Counted from the stretch's first letter, positions 10,873 to 25,009 are shown. The stretch is 64,000 nucleotides of DNA from Rebecca billardiae RCC1528 (GCA_965240325.2 OZ251230.1:496001-560000); one strand, 5' to 3'. Program-made: numbers and translations. The notes: generated from the sequence alone by a model not told the origin.

Positions 10873-12434
10873 TCACCAGTCGTACACGCTCAGCGCAATC
10901 CCAAACGCTGCAAACGGCGAGAGGGGCGCCATGAAGTCGAGGCTGTACGTGCCCTCTGCCCTCTTGCCGAAGAGCAGCACCGACTTCTCAGCGTCTCCGA
11001 ACGGCGTGAGCTGAAAGTTTTTCGACGAGGGGCACGTCGCGCGCTCGAAGAAGTTGAGCGTGAGCAGCTTCGTCTCCTGCGCGCGCGCGCGCGTACGTGC
11101 GTCCGGGCGCGTGCGGGGCGGGAGGCGTGCGCCGGGCGGGTGTGAGCGCTGCTGCTCGCCAGGCGCGCGCGCGCGGGGCGCTCGTGTGCGTGCGCTCGTG
11201 CGCGGCCGCGCACGCACCGGGTTCCACTGCGGCAAGCGCATGGTGAGCAGGCTCGCGTCACGCTGCGGCTGCGTGTCGTCGTGCTCGCGCAGCCACCGCT
11301 CCAGCTCGCCCGGCGGCCACGCCACCGCGGCCGAGGGCGAGGGCGGCGCGTTGTGCCCGTTGGCAAACGCAGACTCACCGTACGCGCAGTTGGGCACCGC
11401 CACCTCCATCATGTTCATCACGGGCATGTCGCCCGTCTGGTGCGTGCCGTGCGCGATGCACGTGTACTCCCACGGCGGGTCCGCGCGCACGCCGGCGCGG
11501 CGGCCCTCCAGCACGAACATCCCCGGCTGCGCGCGAGGGGGCGGGGGCCCAGCGCATGCGCAGTGCGCGCTCCAAGGTGAGCGTGGCGGGGGCGCGCCCA
11601 GGCGGGCCCGTGCGCATGCACGCGCGCGCACCTGCACGGGGCGCATCACGCCGATGTGGCTGTTCTCAATGTCGTTCTCGTACATGGAGATGAGGATATC
11701 CTTTTGCTTCGCGCGGTGCAGCGCGACGAGCAGCATCACGTTCGACTCCTCGATCACCTGAGGGCCAGCGGCGCGGCGCGGCGCCGCTCGGCGTGAGCGC
11801 GGCCGAGCGCGTGCGCGGCGCGCGCGCGCGCGCGGATGGCGCCGACGCGCGGCGGCGAGCGCGCGCGCGCGCGGGCGAGGCGAGCCGCCCCCCCCCCGCG
11901 CGGCCCGCGCACCATCTCGTACAGCGTGTTCCCATTTTTCTGCTGCTTCACCTCGACGCGGCAGAGCACGCGGCCCTGCGACGGCGGCGCGGGCCTCATG
12001 AACATCTCCATGTATGGGGAGACGTCGACGGGGATGTCGATGACGACCTCGCCGCCGCCGCCCTCGTCGCGGTCGTGGTGTGTCGGCGGGGCGCGCGGTG
12101 GTCTCCTCACGTCGACGCCGCGGCTGCCCTGCTCGAGCCTCAGCCGCGCCACCTGGTCGCCCAGCAGCGCCGCGGGCGAGACATCGCTGAACATCTCGCT
12201 GTGCGGCACCATCCTACTCGAGTCCTCCACCGGCGTGACGGGCGTCTTCACCGGCTCGTGCGCGAAGCCGGGGTTGTTCGCCCCGTGCGTGCCATTGGCC
12301 CCCGCACCGCTCGCCCCAGCCGGCCCGCCGCCGTCGTGTCGGTTCGGCACCGACGGCGATTGGCCAAAGGGGTTGCGCGGGATGTCCACGCGCAGGGGCG
12401 GCTTGCGAGCCAGCGGCGAGCGGAAGTCGTCCAT
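10873..12434 (-). CDS. Tubby-like protein; introns 11758-11912, 11527-11631, 11077-11217
   Basis: Spliced C-terminus LPQWNPETKLLTLNFFERATCPSSKNFQL...LLFGKR...LDFMAPLSPFAAFGIALS. Confidence 0.9.
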
Positions 12435-12652
12435 TCGCAGCGACAGAAGGCGCCCACTGCCTCACGAGCGTGGAGCCACGCCCGCGCGCCCGCGACCGAT
12501 GGGCGGCACCGCAGCGGACAGCCGTGATAATGGCTGCCCTCGAGACCCAACGCCACTCGGAGCGTGCAAGCGCGCTTGACCACCGTTGATTTTCCGAGTC
12601 CACATTTCCGTGAACGACGACGAACGATATTTCTCTCGTCCGACGAAACGCG

Positions 12653-13612
12653 ATGGCGGCCGCCGCGCCCGGAGTGCCGGGGGATGCCTTTTTCGAGCTG
12701 CGCGCCCGTGAGCTCCACGAGGATGGCTTCACGCTCCTCGGACGCGACGAGCTGGCCTTGTTAGAGAAGGGCTGGGCTGAGCTCGTGAGCGCCGCAGCCA
12801 CGCACGTGCGTGGCCTCGGTCCGGGCCAGTTCGACACGATCACGTCCGCGCGGCTGCAGCACAAGTTCTCGCGCGCCAAAGCCCTGCCCGCAGCGGTGCG
12901 CCCGGTCGTGGACGCCCTGGAGCGCGTGCTCAGACGTATCGACGACGGCCTCGCGCGCGTGCGCTCGCCCTTGAGGCTGGCCTCCGTCGACACCGCGCCC
13001 GCGCTGATGGACTGCTACGCGCTGCGCACGTGCATGGGGTGCGCGCCCGACGCCTTCGAGCCGCAGCCGTGGCACATGGACAGCCTGCGCCGCTTCCCGA
13101 CGGCCGTGGCCATGCTGTCTGACGGCCCACTCACCGAGTTCGCCCGTGGGCCGTACGCCGACCTGCCCACCGCGCACGCCACCGACGAGGCGCGCGCGTG
13201 GCTCTCCTGCTGGGACTCAGCCGCCGTCTCGCAGGCCGAGCGCGACTTTTGGTCCGCGTGGCTCGGCAGGGCGGGCGCGCTCGTCCGGTCGGCGCGAGGC
13301 GAGCTGGACTGGAGCGCGCTGCCCGCCGTCTCCCCCCGCGCGCTCCGCGCCGAGCGCACCGGCCGTCGCGGCGACATGGCGATCTTCTGGGCCAACAAGC
13401 TGCACCGCGGCCCGGCGACGGCGGCGGCCGCCGCGCAGCGCGATGTCCTCTTCTGCTCGTGGGCGGGCGCCCCGGGCGTGCCGCTCCCGCGGGCGAAGGA
13501 GCAGAGCGAGACCGACTACACCATCACCGACAGCGCGCTCAACGCCAAGGTGACGATCGTCTCCGCGCGCACGCTGCGGCTCGCGGCTCGCGCGGCCAGC
13601 GCTAGAGCCTAG
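12653..13612 (+). CDS. Putative Fe(II)/2-oxoglutarate dioxygenase (PhyH-like fold)
   Basis: LHEDGF, QPWHMDS (HxD), RGDMAIFW...LHRG...RDVLF. Confidence 0.65.
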   Translation: MAAAAPGVPGDAFFELRARELHEDGFTLLGRDELALLEKGWAELVSAAATHVRGLGPGQFDTITSARLQHKFSRAKALPAAVRPVVDALERVLRRIDDGLARVRSPLRLASVDTAPALMDCYALRTCMGCAPDAFEPQPWHMDSLRRFPTAVAMLSDGPLTEFARGPYADLPTAHATDEARAWLSCWDSAAVSQAERDFWSAWLGRAGALVRSARGELDWSALPAVSPRALRAERTGRRGDMAIFWANKLHRGPATAAAAAQRDVLFCSWAGAPGVPLPRAKEQSETDYTITDSALNAKVTIVSARTLRLAARAASARA

Positions 13613-13797
13613 ATCTCCAGCAGCAGACGCGAGAGCTCCCAAGTGTCCACGAAGGAGCAAGCTGAGCTTACAATAGTACACTACTATGGGCGGGGTACTT
13701 TCGTCCCAGTAGAAAGTTGAGCGCAGGGCGCAAACCGCCGCTTGCCGGAAATTTCGTCTTCCAGCAGACCCGCGCGCGTTGTGCACGTCCGCCCTGC

Positions 13798-16132
13798 ATG
13801 CGGCTGTCAGCCGCGCTCCTCGCCCTCCTCGTCGCGCGCGCGAGCGCGCATCGGTCGTATCTGGCGGAGCTTCCGAACGCGGACAAGGTCCCAGGTGGCC
13901 CGGGCATCGGCCACACGCGCGCCGCCGGTGGTGGCGCGCGTAACGCGTTCGGTTCCGACTTTGCCGCGAGCGGGCACAAGTGGTCCCGCGCGCTCTGCAC
14001 GATGGACTCGGACGGCGATGGGAGGACGAACGGCCAGGAGCTCGGCGACCCAGAGTGCGTGTGGGAGCCGGGATTGGTCCCCCAATTCGATACCGGCATC
14101 ACACACCCCGGCGTGCACACGGCCGCGGATGACGCCCACGTCGCTGACTCGTGCGACGGATTCGCCCTCGCCAACGGCACGGCGAACGTGACGGTGGAGC
14201 TGCGCTTCCCGGCGTACGAGGTGCCGAGCAAAGGGACAACGTACGCCAAGTACGCCTTCAATGTGCGCGACGAGCTCGACGCGCTCTCCGTCGGCGCCGT
14301 GCGCGGCGTGCGCTTCGGCGTGCGATTTGAGCCGCTGGTCGAGCAGAGCGCCGTCGTGCACCACATGCTGCTGTGCGCGCCGTGCGCGCGCGGGCGGCGG
14401 GGCTCGGCCGCAGCACGCCCCGGGTGGGCGCGTGGATGGCTTCTCACTCAAAGCGCGCGCGCGCGCGCGCGTGGGCGCGCCCCCGCCCCGCGCGCCTCCT
14501 CCCGCGCTGTTTCAGCTACGGCTGTGACGACCTCCCCGCGCAGTTTGTGGACGCGCCGACACAGTCGGCCGACATGCCGTGCACGCGGCTCAGGTACGCG
14601 TGGGCGGTGGGCGGCGGCCCATTCTGCCTGCCCGACCGCGTGGGCATCCCCTTCGACGTCGACTCGGCCGAAGACGCATGGCACGTGCTCGAGATCCATT
14701 ACGACAACCCGCAGCGGCGCGCCGGGCTGCGCGACTCGTCCGGCGTGCGGCTGACGCTGGTGGACGACGGCGACGCGGGCGGTGCGTACGCGCGGGCGGG
14801 GTTCCTGTGGATAGGTGCGGCGCTGTCCAAGCTGCGCATCCCGCCCGGCCAGCGCGCGCACCACGTCGAGGCGCGCTGCGCATTCCCGCAGCTGCGCGCG
14901 GAGACGCGCGTGACCGCGTTCGCCTCCATGCTGCACGCGCACACGCTCGGACGCGCCGTGTGGACGGAGGTGCACCGCGCGCACGGCGGCGGGCACGCGT
15001 ACGCGCACGACGCCGGCTGCTCGATGGCGTACGACTTTGACCTGCAGGAGATGGTGCCGCTGCCCGCCCCCGTCAGCCTGGGCCCGTCGGACACGCTGGT
15101 GGCCAACTGCGTCTACGACTCGAGCGCCCGCTCGGACGTGACGCGTGGCGGCGACGAGACAGCGGACGAGATGTGCCTCACGTTCCTGCTGTACTACCCC
15201 GAGGTGCAGGTGTGCGTCGCATCGGCGGCCCGAGGCGCCCCCAGCCGCGCTCGGCACGCGCCGCGCACCCGGAGGCCTCACCCAGTCCGCATGCCGGGCT
15301 GGCGCCGCCCGCCGCCCGCCGCCCGCCGCCCTCCGCCCTCCCGCAGGGCGAGGAGACCGTGTGCTGGGCGGCGCCCGTCGAGGTGCGCGGCCCGTCCGCC
15401 GCGAGCCACGCGTGCTGCCCGCTGCTCGCCAACGGCGAGGTGGCGTGCGACGCGGAGCCAGGCGCGCGCGCGCCACCGCCGGCGTGGCTGTACGCGCACG
15501 CCGCCGCGATGACCGTGGCGTGGGGCGCGCTCGCGCCGTGTGGGGTTGGCGCGGCGATGCAGCCGCTCCGCCGGCGGCTGGGCGCTAGCCGATGGCTGGG
15601 CGTGCATCGCGGGCTTCAGCTCGGCACGCTTGCCCTCACTCTGCTCGGCGGCGTGCTCGCGATCGCGCGCAGCGGCGGCGGGCGGCCAAGCGGCGCGCAC
15701 GCGCTGCTCGGCATCGCCGTGTGCGCGCTCACCCTCGCGCAGGCGCTGGGCGGGCTGTGCCGCCCGGCAAAGCCCGGGGGAGCGCCCGCGCCCGAGGCGG
15801 CGACAGGCCACGGTGAGTGCGCGCGCGCGGACGCCGGCGGTGAGGGCATCACGCCGACGACAGCTCGCGCCGCGCCATCCGGCGGCAAGGCGCGAGCTCG
15901 AGTCTGGTGGGCGCGCGTGCACCGCGCGTGCGGCGTGGCGCTACTGCTGGCCGCCCTCGCCAACATTGCGCTGGGCGGCGTCGAGGCGTGGCGGTGGTAC
16001 GCGCCTCCGAGCCGGCTGGGGCGGCTGTGGCTCTGGCTTCCGTTCGCGGCGGCGCTGCTGGGCGTCTCAGTGGCGCTGCTGGGCGTGACAGGGTTGTGCG
16101 TGCGGGATGTGCGTGGTCGTCGTGTCTCGTGA
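13798..16132 (+). CDS. Signal peptide + temptin-like domain + copper type II ascorbate-dependent monooxygenase + C-terminal cytochrome b561; introns 14373-14515 and 15210-15346
   Basis: [20 protein letters not shown]...THPG; Cu ligands VHHM, EIHY, LHAH, DEMC; four TM His (YAHAAAM, VHRGLQ, AHALLG, VHRACG). Confidence 0.85.
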
Positions 16133-16400
16133 CTCACGCGCGAGCAGCAGCGCTGACGAGCGTGATGAGCGCATATTATTTATATATATATATATAAGGA
16201 CGTGCGCCGCCCATTCCCCATATATATCTGTATCCGCTGTCGTCGCCGTGATCGGTCGTGACCGGGTAGTGATTCGGTGATGCGTGCAGTACGGCCGCGG
16301 TATCTGATGCGCGGTAGTGCAGTCTCTGTGACAAGTGTCTGCGACAGCATGAGCAAGTATGTGCGCTCGCAGATATTTACTTGTCGTCGTCGTTATTGCC

Positions 16401-17464
<1,064 letters not shown>

Positions 17465-17502
17465 ATATATATATATATATATGTACATATATACGTCGTA
17501 CG

Positions 17503-19900
17503 TCAATACCGGCCAACGTCGGTGCGCTGCTGCGCGCGGTCTGGCTCGTCGGGGGCGGCGGTTGCGCTGTCCGGGGCCAGCACTCGCCCGGCCGCGTCGC
17601 TGTCGTGGCGCTTCATCTGCTCGCCGTCAGACTGCTGCTGCCGCCGCTGCGCGTGGTGCGCGAGCACCGTGCGCCGCGCGTACAGGCAGAGCAGCTCGAG
17701 GTACGGCACGCGCACCTCGAGCGTGCTCGCGAGGCCGCGCAGCAGCCCGAGCGTGCGGATGAAGAACATGAAGTCGTCGGGCATGCTGAGCATGCGGCGC
17801 GTCTGCTGGCCCGCGGCCTTGTCCGCGCGGCGCTCCTCCTTGCGCTGCTTGAAGAACTCGTCCATCTCCTTGCGCTGCGACTCGCGCCGCCCCGTGTCGC
17901 GCAGGTAGTACGCCCAGAACGCGAGGTCGCGCTCCGGCCGCTCGGGCTGGTTAGACGCGAGCCCGAGCTCCGCCATCGCCGCGCCCATCCTCGAGGCGTC
18001 CATCTCGGCGGTCGCGCTCACGAGCTCGCAGTATGCGCGCTTGCGGCCGGCGGGGAGCGAGACGGTCCAGCCGAAGTCGAGGAGGACGGGCGTGACCACG
18101 CCGCGCTCGGCGTCGATGTGCACCAGCAGGTTGCCCTGCGGCGCGCGGGCGGCGCGCGCGCGGCGGCGCGCCGCTCAGCCGCGCGCGCGCGGCGCGCGCG
18201 GGCGCGCGCGCGAGGCGCGTCCTCGCGCGCACACCGGATGCGGGTCTGCGTTGAAGTAGCCGTCGCCGAAGAGCTGGCACGCGTACGCGAGCGTGATGCG
18301 GCGCATCAGCGCCTCGCGGTCCACGCCGTGCAGCCGCAGCTGCTCCACGTCCGTCATCTTGAAGCCGGGCACGAAGCGCATCGCAAACGCGCGCTGCCCG
18401 ACCAGCCCAGGCAGTGGCTCAGGCACAATCACCGCGATGCCCGCGGCGCGCATGTTGGCGCGGACGGCGCGCAGGTGGTCGGCCTCGACGCGGAAGTCGA
18501 GCTCGGCGTCGACCTCGCGCGCCCACGCCTGCAGCACCGTGAGCAGCGGCTCGTACCGCTCGTCCCGCCGCGCCAGCCACCTCGCGATGCGCAGCGCCGC
18601 CACAAAGTCTGCACGCATCAGCTCGGCAATGCCCTCGTGCTGCAGCTTGAGCGCCACGCACGCGCCGCCCTCGCGCACCGTCGCGCGGTGCACCTGCGCG
18701 ACGGAGGCGGAGGCGAGCGGCTCCATCTCGAAGTGGGAGAAGATGGCCTCGAGCGGCGCGCCCAGCTCCGTCGCCACCGTCGCGCGCACGTACGCCGCCC
18801 GGTCGGCGGGCAGCTCGTCCTGCAGGCCCTCGAGCGCGCGCGCCCACGCGGCGGGCACAATGTCGGCGCGCGAGCCGATGTATTGGCCGAACTTGACCCA
18901 GAGCGAGCGGAGGGCGCCGAGCTGCGCGCAGACGAAGGGGGCGAGCACGCGGTCGGCGAGCTCGTACGCCAGCGCCTCCGTCTGCGCCGACGCCTTCGCC
19001 GAGCGCAGCGCGCGGCGCAGCCCCTCATACGCGCCGATGGTGGCGAGCGCGGTGCCGTTGATGCGACTCAGCCGCACGAGGGACGGCCACAGCCAGAGGG
19101 CGCAGCTCAGCGCGCAGAGGAGGAGCGCGGAGAGGGCGGGGTGCGCGCACGCCGCAGCGCACAGGCGCGCGACGCCGCCGACGCACACGCCGCACACGCC
19201 GCCGACCACGCCGCCGCCGCTCTCCGCGATCGGCCCGGCGGCCGCCGCGCCGTCGGCGCGCGCGCGCGCCGCCGCGAGCGCGCCGGCCGCGCGCAGCGCG
19301 AGCTCGGCCGCACCCGAGGTGGGGAGGCCGCGGCGCAGCGCGGCGGTGGCGGCGGCGACGGCCGAGGCGGTCGCGCGCGCGTGCTCCGCGGCGCGCGCCG
19401 CCTCTTCCTCCGCCGGCGCCGCGCTCGGCCCCGCCGACACCTCGGGCGCGGCGGCGAGCGTGGCCAGCAGCCACGCAAGCGCGTGCGGCGCGGCGGGCGC
19501 GAGCGCGCGCGCGCACAGCGCCACGCGGCTCGCCGCGTGCGCGCGCACGAGCAGCACGAGCGCCGCGGCGCACGCGAGGCGCGCGCGCTCGCCGGCGGCG
19601 TCGGCGAGCGCGTGGCCGGCCGCCACCCACGTGCACGCCGCCGCCGCGCTCGCGCCGCTCGCGCGCAGCACGCGGCTCAGTAGGTCGGCGTGCGGCCGCG
19701 CCGGCTGCGGCGCGGCGCGCGCGCCGAGCTGGCGGCCGCGGGACGGCGCCGCCGCGGCCGCGTCCGCCTCGAGCGCGCGCAGCCGCGCGTGCAGCTGCGC
19801 GCGCGCCTCGTACCCGTCGCGCTGCCAGCCGATCGGCGCGCGCAGGGCCGCCGCCAGCTCCTCCTCGATCACCTCGAGCTCCGCGCTCAGCTCGCTGGGC

Positions 19901-19943
<43 letters not shown>

Positions 19944-21042
19944 TCGGCTCGGGGCCGGGGGCGGCGGAGGCGGCGTGGGGCCACGCGAGCGGCGCGCAGG
20001 CCGCGGGCGGGATCGTCGACGGCGTCGCGCCGCCGCCCGCCCCCGCGTTGCCACGCTGCGCCGTGGGCGCCGACGTCGGCGCCGCCGCCCTCGGCGAAGG
20101 CAGTGCCCCCTGCGGCGGCGGCGGCGAGCGCGCGGCCGCGCCGCCGAGCTCGTCAGCGCGGCCGCCCGCGGACGGCGGCTGCAGCAGCGCGAGGAGGGGC
20201 GGCGGGCCGCGGCCGCCGAGCACGCTCGTGCCCGGGTACGCGAGCAGCACCGCGTGCAGGAAGTGCGCGATCCGCCGCTCGCGCGCCGCGAGGAACGACG
20301 GGCGCAGCGAGCGGCGCATGTCAGCCCACCTGCCAAGTGCAGGCGGCCTCAGGTGCGGCGCGTGCCCGCCGAGCGCGCCCGCGGCGGCGTCGTCGACGGC
20401 GACGGCCGCGGCGGCGGAGGCGTCGTGCAGGCCCTGCCGCCGCTCGCGCGCCGCGTGCGCGCGCAGCGCGTCCGACAGGTGCCGCACGTCCGACCAGCGC
20501 ACGCGCACGCGCCACGTGTGCCTGCGCTCGCGCACGAGCAGCTCGTACGCGGCGTAGCGCTCGAGGCCGACGGCGAGGACGACGTGGCTGAGCACGGCGA
20601 CGGCGAGGTCGGAGGGCGCGTCGGGGGGCGCCGTGCCCGCCAGCTGCGCGCGCTGCTCCGCGGCGAACGCGCTCGCGGCCGCGCTCAGCGCGCCGCGCAA
20701 CGGGGCAAACACCTTGCGGTCGCCCGTCAGCGTGATCTGGCCGGAGAGCGCGGCGAGCGCGGGCTTGAGCCGGCCGGTGGAGATGCGCTCGAGGGTGGCG
20801 AGCGAGCTCGCGCACGTGCAGTCCACCGCGGGGCGCTCGCCCTCCGCCGGCTCGAGCTCCGCGCGGCCGGCGCCGCCGCGCACGAGCAGCAGCCAGCTGC
20901 CCGCGCCCTCGACCGCCAGGCGCACCGAGAGGTCGGGCGCGTCGGCCGTGTGCTCGGGCCGGCGCATCTGCGCGCCCACGAGCTCCATGAAGCGCCGGAC
21001 GCGCTTCTGCGCGTCCGACGAGCCGTCCGCCGAGGCCTGCAT
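17503..21042 (-). CDS. SCP2 + PX + TM + ABC1 (UbiB/ADCK) atypical kinase; intron 18136-18234
   Basis: SCP2-like (DCTCASS...GRLKPALAALSGQITLTGD); PX-like (YELLVRE...VRVRWSDV...FLAARERRIAHFL); ABC1 motifs VKFGQ, LQDELP, ASASVAQVH, VALK, ELDFRVEA, NADPHPGN, LLDFG. Confidence 0.85.
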
Positions 21043-21159
21043 CGCGCGCGCGCGGGGGAACGCCGGGCGCGCACGGCGAGCAAGCGGCGATGGAGGTGCG
21101 ACGCTGAAGGCCGTGCTGGGGGCGACTGGGCGAGATCCCACGTTCACGTGCTCGGCACC

Positions 21160-22633
21160 ATGTCGTCATCGGCCCCCATCGTCGTCGGTTGCCGCGTCGT
21201 CGTGACCGGACTGAAGAATCGGGCCGAGCTGAACGGGCTCGTCGGCACCGTGCTGGACTGGAGCACGGCGCAGGCGCGCTGGGGCGTGCGCGTACCCACC
21301 GGCGAGCGCGTCCGCGTGCGCGCCGACAACCTACGGCGCGCGGCGGACGATGCGGAGGAGCCGTCCGCCCTCCTGCGCATGCTCGGCGGCGACATGCTCG
21401 GCCTGGTGGTGGCGGCGGTCGCCGGTGGGGACGACGCGGCCGAGGCGCGCGCAGACCTCTTCGCCCTCCGCCTCGCGGCCCCCGCGTTCCTCCCGCCCAC
21501 CAGCCACGCCCAGGCCGCGCGCGCCGAGCTGCGGCGCGCCCCCTTCCTCCGCTCGGCTGCGCTCGCCGCGTGGGCGCTGGACGAGCTCCCGGGCTTCCTC
21601 AAGGGCGACTACAATCTCTTCGTGCACGCGGCGCGGCATGGGCACGTCCCCGTCCTCGAGCTGCTGCGCGAGCGCGGCGTGCGCCTCGACGCGCCCCAAC
21701 ACAGGGAGGGTGACGCGAGCGCCGCTGCGGCGGGCGGCGGCCATCTGAGCGCCCTGCAGTGGCTGTGCGACGCCGGCTGCGAGGTGACGTGGACGGCGAG
21801 CGCGAGCGCGGGGGCGCGCGGGCAGAAGGAGGCGATCCAGTGGCTCCACGACCGCGGGCTCGACACGTCCGCCGCGCTGTGCAACCTGTGCAGCGGCGGC
21901 CACCTCTCCCTCGTGCGCTGGGCGCGCGGTGAGCTCGGCATCGAGTTGGGACCATCTCTGCCTCGAGCACGCGGCCATGCGCGGCCGGCTGGAGTGCGTG
22001 CGGTACTGCCTGGACAACGGCTGCCCGCGGAGCCGCGGGGGCTCGGGCGACGCCATCGTCTTCCTCACCGCGCTCGGCCTCGGAGAGCTCCCGCTGCTGC
22101 AGCTGCTGCACGAGCGAGGCGTAGGGCTGCCGCTGCGCGCCGAGTATGCAAGCCGAGGCGCGGAGTATGGCGGCCTGCCGGTGCTGCAGTGGCTGCGCGC
22201 GCAGGGGTGCCCGTGGGACTACGAGACCAACTGCGCCGCCGCCACGTCGGGCCGGCTGGACGCGCTGCGCTGGGCGGTGGCCAACGGGTGCGACTTTGAC
22301 CCCGCCGCGCGCCGCGCGTGCTACCTTCGGCTGGACGACCGGCTGCGCTCTCTCGAGGCTGAGGGGCGGCTGCCACTGGCGGGGGGCGCAGGAGGCACAG
22401 AGGGCAGGGACGAGGCGCGCGCGAAGAGGGAGGAGCTCGGCCGGGTGCGCCGCTGCGCCGCGTGGGTGGTGTGCGGGGAGGAGGGCCTGGCGGGGATCGA
22501 CGCCGGCAGAGCGCACATGCCGTCGCTCGAGCAGATGCGCGCGTTCATGAACCGCGGACGCGTGCGCGCGCGAGTGACCATCGGCCCGGACGGCGTCGAG
22601 CGGACGCAAGTGCTCCCGCCAGACGCACCGTGA
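21160..22633 (+). CDS. Ankyrin-repeat protein with N-terminal SH3/KOW-like segment; +1 frameshift at ~21946
   Basis: GCRVVVTGLKNRAELNGLVG; AAxxGHLxxLQWL..GCPWD repeats; removing one T in GAG-T-TGG-GAC joins the two frames. Confidence 0.8.
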
Positions 22634-23279
22634 TGCACTCGACTTGCACGATGTCACAGTATGCTGCGCGTGTGCGTGTGTATGTGTAGTGTATGTGAAA
22701 GCGACTAGCAGCCGCGCAGCTCAGATTGAGTAGTACTGTAGTGTATACCGCCGAATAATAAATTAATAAATTGAATAATACATCGCGCGCCGGATTGACT
22801 TTGTCAGTTCAATAAATAATAAACTCTGCCCTGGCGGGCGGGGGGGTCGGCGGGCCGTGCCAGTGCTGTCGCAATATTTCCCCAGCGGGTTCGCGCCTTT
22901 TATTTAGCGGTTTGACGGGCAGGATGACGAATAACATTATTAACAATGCCGACCGACACAGATGATGGTGAGCTACCTGACTCACTGACGAATAATAACG
23001 CGACAGATGACTCTGGTGATCTCACCGACAGTGTGATTGCGCGTGTTATTTATTCGTGCACCCACTCGGCGCTACTCGTCAAGACTCAAGTCCCGGGTGC
23101 CGTCGACTGCGCGCACGCACTGCCAACCGCTGATTGGCGTGCGACGGCGGCTTGCTTGTGACGCCTGACGGTGACGGTTCAATGTCCTCGGAGCTAAACA
23201 GTGGTGGCGGAGTGTGATGTCATGTTTCATAATTTGTTTAGGTCGTCTGGAAGTGCGGTGCGCGCGCGCGCATTGCGAG

Positions 23280-23760
23280 AGCGTGTGCCACTCGCGATCG
23301 AGGGTGGGCACGCGCTGCTCGAGCAGGCACAGGAAGCGCAGCGCATGTGCCACTGGCTTCACGACGTCGGCCTCGTCCCGCAGCGCTCGTGACATGGTGG
23401 AGGATGGGGCGACAATGTTGCACGCTCGGCGTTTCAGCTCGTCGCGGATGCGCCTCTGGGATCGGTCATAGCGCTGTGCGACGAGGGCCGCCGACTGGCG
23501 CCAAGACGCGGTTCCTTCCACGGCTGCAAACCCGGGAGGTGCGTGCGGTGCGCGTCGTACGCCGCTTTGCGCTGCCCCTCCGTCGCATTGGTCACCGTCG
23601 GCGCCATGCAGGCCGGACGTGGGCCCTCGAGCGCCGAGCGATCTTTGGCCGCGAGCTCGCGAGCGCGAAGGATGATCGCCCGCTCTGGAACACCACCGAT
23701 CGTAGCAAACGGATTTGCATGCGCCCGACCTTGCCAAGGACCGGGGCACGCGACAGTCCG
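23280..23760 (-). pseudogene. Possible hAT transposase remnant
   Basis: Frameshifted fragments VCYDRWCS..IILRAREL..DRSALE and VVKPVAHALRFL..EQRVPTL resemble the hAT CxTRWxS and LKPxxxALxxLExDxPT segments. Confidence 0.35.
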
Positions 23761-25009
23761 GTGTGTGGATTCCGGTTATGGTTTTCAGAAGGCCGCGCCA
23801 AATCTTGCGTCGCGTGCGATGGCGCTTCCCGCCCGCGAGACGCCTCGTGATGAGGGCCGTTCCGCACCGAGCCCGACGCGCGACGGTGAATCGAGCGAGG
23901 CGGCCATCGTGCGCAGCGCTTGATGCTATGGCCGGTGCGAGCGTTCGACGTGCACGTCGGGCGAGGATCGCCCCAGGTCGCACGATCGTGTCGACGCGCC
24001 GAGCGTACCGCTCCAAACGCGTCGATTTAGCGCCCGTTCGACCTGCACGCGAGACGACGAGGGCAGCAATCGCGAATCGGGCGAAAACACCGTTCGGGAA
24101 TCCCCGCGCAATGTCCGCGCCGGCGTTGGATTCGGCGCGCGCGGCCCACGCGCTCCGCGCCAGGCGCCATATGGTTTTCGGCCGAGCGTCCCCAGTGGGA
24201 GCTGCGAGGGCGCCCGGTAGTGAGCGAAGCGACCCGGCAGTGAGCGAGGCGATTTTCTTTTCTTTGCGAGGCGATTTTCTTTTTTCCCTTTTCTTTTTCT
24301 TATCTTTTTCCCGGGCACTACAAGGGGCGGACCTACGGCCCGCCATATAAATCAATAATTGCGTGCAAACGGTGCATGCAACTTGTGCTGTCAGTACGAC
24401 GTACGTCGCGTATATACTTAATTATCCAAGTATGACGCGAGTCAATCTGAGTCATGACGAGATCCGGATCATCCGCCGCTTCAGATGCTTATGACGAGTC
24501 TAGCGCGCTATTGTATATTTAATATATATCCTGATGACGACTGATGATGCGCCATCTCAATAATAATATCTGACGACGATCGATTATACTGAGTATACGT
24601 GTACGTAGTTTATATATATATATACTGCGCGCGCTGCTATGTTTTAACGTGCACACTTGGTGCCAGTGGCGGCAGTGCCCGAGTGGTGCCATCGCGCCCG
24701 CCCGGCATCGCGGCATCGCAGCGAGTACAGTAATTACTAATAATGGTCATCAGTAATCAGTTATCATTAATTATACATACGACATTCACATACCGAAGAG
24801 TTCGGCCGCTGCCGGCGCTGGGGCGCCGGGGGCCTGCAGACCAGCTAGAGCCGGAGCCATTAATTAATAATCGCGCGCGGCTCGTCAGTCGCTGCCGCCT
24901 GGCTGCACCGCCGCGTGCACCGCGCGCCATTTATTATTGATGATTTGGATCCGAGACTGACGAGGCGTCGTCGCAGTACGGACGAGGCGGGGCCCGCGTC
25001 AATCCGTCA

